Part shown: one piece after another, positions 59,032 to 64,000 of the stretch
Layout of the letters: the number at the start of each line of letters is the position of its first letter
Numbering within the stretch: position 1 is the first letter of the stretch
DNA from: Syntrophales bacterium
Lineage (GTDB): Bacteria > Desulfobacterota > Syntrophia > Syntrophales > UBA2210
Assembly (NCBI GenBank): GCA_963662405.2
Contig: CAXXKT010000001.1
Coordinates: 192,001 to 256,000 of the forward strand
Reading direction: 5' to 3'
Length of the DNA: 64,000 nucleotides
Made by a program: the position numbers and the translations under genes
The notes under the pieces: generated by a model
What the model was told of the DNA's origin: nothing
The model's input: only the letters and a program-made list of their open reading frames with translations
Databases searched by the model: none

Positions 59032-59355
59032 TCATTTCTCTTCGCTCGCGTTTGTCATTTCTTTAGCCGGTTTCTTTTCCTGACTCTTCTTCCTGTTGCT
59101 GACTTTGCGCTCCGGCCGTATCATGAGCCGGTCGGTTATCATCTCGGCCGCCCCTTTTGGGACAATACCTTTCAGAACATAGGAGATATACCACTGATCA
59201 ACGACGTCTGAATCAGACATAATCGTCCCGCCGGGCTTCCCCGTGGATGATACCGCCGGAAACTCATACTCCTTGATCCATGTCCTGATTTGTGCTTCTT
59301 TTACCTCCCCTTTGAAATGCTCAATGATCGCCTTCATGCCTATCAACTTCGCCAT
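59032..59355 (-). CDS. Small phage DNA-binding-like protein
   Basis: MAKLIGMKAI...IRTWIKEYEFPA HTH-like pattern; GGAGGTGG RBS. Confidence 0.6.
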   Translation of the reverse strand: MAKLIGMKAIIEHFKGEVKEAQIRTWIKEYEFPAVSSTGKPGGTIMSDSDVVDQWYISYVLKGIVPKGAAEMITDRLMIRPERKVSNRKKSQEKKPAKEMTNASEEK

Positions 59356-59357
59356 CT

Positions 59358-61280
59358 CTACCACCTCCATGAGTCGGGTTTCTTCCCCTGGGGTTTTTCC
59401 CCCCTGGTTTCTTTGATTTCTTTCCTTTGAGCCATCTGTTCTTTCTGTTGCCTCAGATAGGTGGCCAGCATCCTGAGCGAGGGCAGCCACTCGCTGTCGG
59501 CGCAGGCCGCCGCGATCACTTCACAGTCGAGCAGGTGGTTGTCCCGCCGGATCTGCTTCCAGTAGGTCTTGCCTCTCCGGTCCCTCCGGAACTCCTCGGC
59601 CAGGATCTGACGGGCGTAGTCGAGGCCGGTGTCCGCGTTGAGGAGGAACCGCTGTGTCTCATTCTCCTGCCGTTCCATGCGCCAGTGGAGCAGGGCCTTG
59701 TACTGGTCGGTGTCGAGGAGCCGCAGCTCCAGGCCGCCGGGAATCGCCTTGTTCGATCGGGGCAGCTTGTCGATCTGCGATACCCTGATCCGGCCTATCT
59801 GTTTGTGGGTTGCGCCCTTGGTCCCGAAGACCCTGCCCGGTTGCTGTGAGCGGATCCACTGGTAGATCTCCTCGGTACGGGTCCAGATGTTCTCTTCCGT
59901 GACGCCGCCCCCCGTATCGATGCCGGCACGCCAGATGCCCATCATCTCCGTCGGGTTTCCCTCAATGGGATACTGGGTGTTGAAGACGAGGTTCTCCACG
60001 TCGGCGAATGCCGTCAGGTAGCCGTACTGGACCAGCCAGGAGGTCAGGTCGTCGGCCCAGGCGCGCACGACGAACCAGAACCCGCTCTTCTGCACGTCGA
60101 TCCCCGCGGTGAGGGCGACCGCGTCTTTAGGGACAATGCCGGCGGCGAGCTCGGTCTTTTTATCGAGGAGGGCGCTTTCCTTCTTCGGGACCACCGTCTC
60201 CCGCCAGACCTCGGCCTTGTGCTGGGTGATGTAGACCATCATCTTCGACGGGTCCTCCATCCCACGCATATAGGCGGCGACGCAAGAGGACAGGGAGACA
60301 AAGGGACTGTACCAGGACGGGAGATGGAACCCGATAACCGGGGCGCGTTCCACCGGGCTGTCCGGGATCCAGCCGTAAAACGAATCGGGGTTCCCGAGCC
60401 CGTTCAGGACGGCCTTGTTGCGCAGATGATCATCCCACAGCATCCCGCATGATTCGCACTGGTAGTGCGCCAGGCGCCCGCGGACGATCTCCCGGGGATC
60501 GTTGCAGGTCTTCGGCCAGTTGATCTGTCCGAAGTGCATCACCTGGGGGGCCCTGCAGACGGGGCAGACCGCGTAGTAACGCATCAGTTCGTCTGCCTCC
60601 CTTTCGATCATGGGGCCGATGTAGCCGCTCTCGTCCGTCGGGGTCGACAGGTCGATGGTTTTTTTGGTGAAGGGGTAGGCGTTCTGCCGCTGGTCGGTGA
60701 GTGCGATGGGATCGGCTTCCTTGCCGGTGAAGTCGGGATACTTGTCCACCTCGTCCCGGATCATGTAGCGGACCGATTCGGACGACATCTCGGCGGCGCT
60801 GGTCGCCCAGGCCATCATGAAGTCCATGCCGTTCGTGAAATTGACATGCAGGGTCGTCGTGTCGGAAACGCCGGGCCCCAGGAGTTCGGCTATCCGGGAC
60901 GTGGATCTGAACATGGGGAGAATCCGCCGGCGGGCGATCCGCTTGGTCACCTTCTCGTCGGGCATGATGTACATGCAGGGGCCGGGATCCTGCTCGATCC
61001 ACCGGCAGAGGGCGTTGAAGGCGACCTGTGTCTTGCCCGTCTGGGGCGCGAACATGAGGATGATCCGCCTGACATGGGGCTGACTGATCGCGTTCATGGG
61101 CCCGACCAGGTAGGGCGTGGTCGTGTTCTGCCAGAGTCCGGTCATAGGACCGTTCGTGACGATGCGGTACCGCTCGGCCCACTCGGACACGGTCAGGCGT
61201 TCCCGGAGACGAAAGACGCGCCTCTCTCCCGGGGTGAAGGTGAGTGAGTCTTGGCTTTTTAGATCAGGAGCCGTGTTCAT
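59358..61280 (-). CDS. Phage terminase large subunit, GpA (lambda-like) family
   Basis: TVSEWAE, TPYL, Walker A PQTGKT, Walker B RDEVD, STPT, Zn fingers, AGIDVQ and NHLLDC motifs. Confidence 0.93.
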   Translation of the reverse strand: MNTAPDLKSQDSLTFTPGERRVFRLRERLTVSEWAERYRIVTNGPMTGLWQNTTTPYLVGPMNAISQPHVRRIILMFAPQTGKTQVAFNALCRWIEQDPGPCMYIMPDEKVTKRIARRRILPMFRSTSRIAELLGPGVSDTTTLHVNFTNGMDFMMAWATSAAEMSSESVRYMIRDEVDKYPDFTGKEADPIALTDQRQNAYPFTKKTIDLSTPTDESGYIGPMIEREADELMRYYAVCPVCRAPQVMHFGQINWPKTCNDPREIVRGRLAHYQCESCGMLWDDHLRNKAVLNGLGNPDSFYGWIPDSPVERAPVIGFHLPSWYSPFVSLSSCVAAYMRGMEDPSKMMVYITQHKAEVWRETVVPKKESALLDKKTELAAGIVPKDAVALTAGIDVQKSGFWFVVRAWADDLTSWLVQYGYLTAFADVENLVFNTQYPIEGNPTEMMGIWRAGIDTGGGVTEENIWTRTEEIYQWIRSQQPGRVFGTKGATHKQIGRIRVSQIDKLPRSNKAIPGGLELRLLDTDQYKALLHWRMERQENETQRFLLNADTGLDYARQILAEEFRRDRRGKTYWKQIRRDNHLLDCEVIAAACADSEWLPSLRMLATYLRQQKEQMAQRKEIKETRGEKPQGKKPDSWRW

Positions 61281-62176
61281 TCTTCGTCCTCCGTCTCTTC
61301 GTCTCTCTCATCGTCTGTTTCATCTTCCCGTGTTTCATTCTCTTGTCCGGGGGGCGGCAGGATCACCCGGAAGGTCCGCTCCTCGCCGTAGCGGGCCAGG
61401 AACGATTCGAAACGGCCGAGAAGCCATTCGATCAGGTCCGGTATCGTGTCGGCATTGCCGGCGGCGCGGTTCACGATCTCCGAAGCCTCGGCCCGCGCAA
61501 AGGTCTCCAGGTCGTTCCGGAAGACGGCGGCGCGTTTCGCCAGTTCTCCCTCGAACAGGTCCTTCGGCACGTAGGCGCCGGTGAACATCTCCGCCTTCAT
61601 CGTCCAGTGCCGCGCCTGGGCCTTGGTCTTTTCGATCTCCGCGTGCAGTTTTTCCTGCTGCAGCTTCTCAAGTTTTTCTGAAGCGCTCCCGTCGGCCCGC
61701 TTCAGATAGGTCTGCGCATATCGGTCGACCTCGTCGATCCGGTAGGTACCGTCGGCCTCGCATCGGAGTTTCCCCTCCTTTTTGTGCTTGTACACGGCGG
61801 ATTTTTTGACCTTCCACCCCTGATCCCTGAGGTAGTCGGCCACCGCCAGGGTGTTGGCAAGGGTCGGAGAATGGCCAAGGTATTTCTCGGACAGGACCAC
61901 CAGTTGCTGTTCCAGGGCGGACTCCGCCTTCTGCCAGTCGTTGAGGCGGGCGGAGGTGGATTCCGCCTGGTAGTCCCGGATGCATTTCACGACGGCGTTG
62001 TGTAGGACCTTGAGTGAGATCTGGTCCTGCCCGTCGGCAACCTCCAGCAGTTTTTTTACCTTCTCCTGATCCATCATTCCGTCCGAGATCGCCTGGCAGA
62101 TCATCCAGGCGCGCTGCGCGTTACTCGCGCGCTTCCAGTCATCAGCGACGATCTGATTCTCTTTTCCCTTTACCAT
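61277..62176 (-). CDS. Probable terminase small subunit / HTH protein
   Basis: Overlaps the GpA start; HTH-like KKSAVYKH followed by a coiled coil. Confidence 0.65.
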   Translation of the reverse strand: MVKGKENQIVADDWKRASNAQRAWMICQAISDGMMDQEKVKKLLEVADGQDQISLKVLHNAVVKCIRDYQAESTSARLNDWQKAESALEQQLVVLSEKYLGHSPTLANTLAVADYLRDQGWKVKKSAVYKHKKEGKLRCEADGTYRIDEVDRYAQTYLKRADGSASEKLEKLQQEKLHAEIEKTKAQARHWTMKAEMFTGAYVPKDLFEGELAKRAAVFRNDLETFARAEASEIVNRAAGNADTIPDLIEWLLGRFESFLARYGEERTFRVILPPPGQENETREDETDDERDEETEDEE

Positions 62177-62318
62177 TTACATGAGGCCCCTTTCGTGGTA
62201 TCGGCGCTCATGTGGATGGTAGCGCTTCGGCGCCCTGTGTGGTCGCACAGGTTTACGGGAGTTGCACCTCCCGGAATACCGTCCACCCTTCTTTTGTACC
62301 GTCAATAAAAATCATTAG

Positions 62319-63701
62319 TCATCTTGATATGGTAATCGGATCGCACCTCCTCTCAGGGTTGCATTCTTCGGGACTTAATAAACCCGAACAGATCGACGTA
62401 CGGCCTTCCGAGTTGCGTACCAGTTCCGCCTTTTCCCCGGTGAACCGTTCCCACCGCTTCACTATCACGTCGCAGTAGACGGGGGTCTTCTCCATCGTGT
62501 TGCAGATCCGTCCCATCTGCTCGCACGCCATCAGGGTCGTTCCGGATCCGCCGAACCCGTCCAGGACGAGGATGTCAGGGCTGTTCGGCGTGCTGTTCCG
62601 GATCATCCTGCCGACCAAAGGAACGGGTTTCTGCGTGGGATGGAGGGGGTTCCGGGATTGGCGGTCCTCTCGCAGAACGGTGGCGGCCTCGCATCGCCGC
62701 ATCTCCTTCACCAGTTCCACGAGCTCCGCGCGTTTCATCCGGGAGATGTCCGCCTCCTCGTCGATCACGGTCGTCAGTGAGTAGTCCATGCAGAAGTAAT
62801 GGGTCCGCCCCGGCTTCCATCCGTACAGGATGGGCTCGTGTTTCCAGTTGTAGTCCTGCCGGCCGAGAACGGCGCCGTTCTTGACCCAGATCAGGCACTG
62901 CTTGAGGAGAAACCCCGCCTTGATGACGGCGCTCCGGAAGGCCAACCCCCCGATGTCGGAATGGGAGACGTAAAAGCAGCCGCCCTCCCGGGTGTGGGTG
63001 TAGATGTTGCGGAAAGCGGCTGTGATCATCTCCCGGAACAGTGCCGGGGGAAGGTTGTCGTTCTCAATGCCCTCCCCGCGGTCGTTGTGATAGTCGACGT
63101 TGTAGGGGGGATCGGTCCAGACCAGATCGGCGAGGCGACCCTCCATCAGACTGGCCATCGCGCCGGCGTCGCTGCTGTCGCCGCAGAAGAGGCGGTGCCT
63201 CCCCAGGAGGTAGAGGTCCCCCGGCCGGGTGATGGGTTCGGTGATCTTCGAGACCTCGGTTTCGGCATCGAACCCGTCTTCCCGCGGCTCGGCCTCCTCC
63301 GCCCTCGGCATGATCTCCGCGATCTCTTCCGCGTCGAACCCGGTGAGGCTGACGTCGATCTCCACGGCCTCGAGTTCGACAAGCAGGTCGCGGAGCCGGT
63401 CGAGGTCCCATTCGCCGCTGATCTTGTTGAGGGCGATATTGAGGGCCTTCTCCTTCTCTTCGGGAAGATCGACAACGGAGACTTCGGCCTCCGTCCAGCC
63501 GAGGTCCCGCATGACGGTCAATCGCTGATGACCGCCGACGAGGCGCCCGGTCCGCACGTTCCAGATCAGGGGATCCACACAGCCGAATTCCTCCAGGGAA
63601 CGGCGGAGCTTCTCGTATTCCCGGTCACCGCTGCTCAATGCCTTACGCGGGTTGTAGTCCGCCGCGGTCAGATCGCTCAGTTTCATGGTGGTGAATCTCA
63701 T
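62319..63701 (-). CDS. Phage ParB-like + DNA methyltransferase
   Basis: YNPRK and GGHQRL ParB-like motifs; TDPPYN, HPTQKP and LDGFGGSGTT motifs; start MRFTT. Confidence 0.92.
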   Translation of the reverse strand: MRFTTMKLSDLTAADYNPRKALSSGDREYEKLRRSLEEFGCVDPLIWNVRTGRLVGGHQRLTVMRDLGWTEAEVSVVDLPEEKEKALNIALNKISGEWDLDRLRDLLVELEAVEIDVSLTGFDAEEIAEIMPRAEEAEPREDGFDAETEVSKITEPITRPGDLYLLGRHRLFCGDSSDAGAMASLMEGRLADLVWTDPPYNVDYHNDRGEGIENDNLPPALFREMITAAFRNIYTHTREGGCFYVSHSDIGGLAFRSAVIKAGFLLKQCLIWVKNGAVLGRQDYNWKHEPILYGWKPGRTHYFCMDYSLTTVIDEEADISRMKRAELVELVKEMRRCEAATVLREDRQSRNPLHPTQKPVPLVGRMIRNSTPNSPDILVLDGFGGSGTTLMACEQMGRICNTMEKTPVYCDVIVKRWERFTGEKAELVRNSEGRTSICSGLLSPEECNPERRCDPITISR

Positions 63702-64000
63702 GATATCTTCCTCATCTTTCCCAGGGCGCGGAACTTGATATCCCACAGTCTCACCGTCTCGGGGCTGATCTTCAAAATCCCGGCAATCTCCCGGGGGGAA
63801 ATCCCGAAATGCAAAAAGACGGCAAGGAGGAGGACCTCGCTGTAGGTCATGTGACATCCGGCCAGGAAGGAACCCGTGAGGGCTGTAAAGAACTTCCCGC
63901 ATTGCCGACAGCACACCCGTTTCCCCTCCCAAAATCTCTGCAGCGCTTTTCCCGCTATCTCACCCCGGCACTCCGGGCAGCGGACGGGTCCTCTCCCGTG
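63698..64000 (-). CDS. Zinc-ribbon + HTH protein (5' end outside the window)
   Basis: CPEC...CRQC then ISPREIAGILKISPETVRLW; the frame is open to the window edge. Confidence 0.65.
   Translation of the reverse strand, partial: HGRGPVRCPECRGEIAGKALQRFWEGKRVCCRQCGKFFTALTGSFLAGCHMTYSEVLLLAVFLHFGISPREIAGILKISPETVRLWDIKFRALGKMRKIS

Larger units (their letters stand above)
36564..64000. mobile_element. tRNA-anchored genomic island / prophage-derived region (right boundary outside the window)
   Basis: Abrupt AT-rich shift after the tRNA, arm-like repeats, defence genes, IS element and phage packaging genes; no integrase in the window. Confidence 0.6.

Noticed and set aside
58937..59523. DGR template/variable repeat pair
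   Set aside because: Differences are not adenine-specific and include a deletion, and there is no reverse transcriptase in the window.

Overview
This window looks like DNA from an anaerobic bacterium, probably Desulfobacterota/Syntrophales-like (inferred from gene content only). It has three parts. (1) 1-36.5 kb is GC-rich core genome. It holds an oxygen/peroxide-defence cluster (fprA, flavin reductase-rubredoxin, rubrerythrin, dfx, cydAB, redoxins, trxA), moaA, amrS, several acyl-CoA ligases, an hfs-like sensory [FeFe]-hydrogenase/SpoIIE module, a GGDEF protein, smc-ftsY and ftcd. (2) After tRNA-Arg(CCT) at 36487-36563 comes an accessory region. Its 40.8-57.9 kb part is an AT-rich defence island: PaeR7I-like R-M, TIR, HD-HSP90-like ATPase, OLD-like nuclease, PHP-ATPase, DUF5677-like, DUF3800-like and an IS630. 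(3) 58.2-64 kb is a prophage-like packaging region (GpA terminase, ParB-methylase) with no portal or capsid gene after the terminase. The most striking observation is the architecture of the island. Most defence genes are integron-type cassettes ending in attC sites, with no integrase in the window. They sit in diverged, repeated non-coding platform modules on both strands, whose homology stops at a GTT crossover core. The three plus-strand platforms each contain a sigma70 promoter, a Shine-Dalgarno + AUG-GUN-UGA (Met-Val-stop) mini-ORF, a covarying intrinsic terminator and an attI-like site. This suggests attenuation-controlled, multi-site cassette capture. Also notable are an in-frame amber codon in an acyl-CoA synthetase, a poly-T frameshift in the TIR gene, and a K-to-E change in an H-cluster motif.
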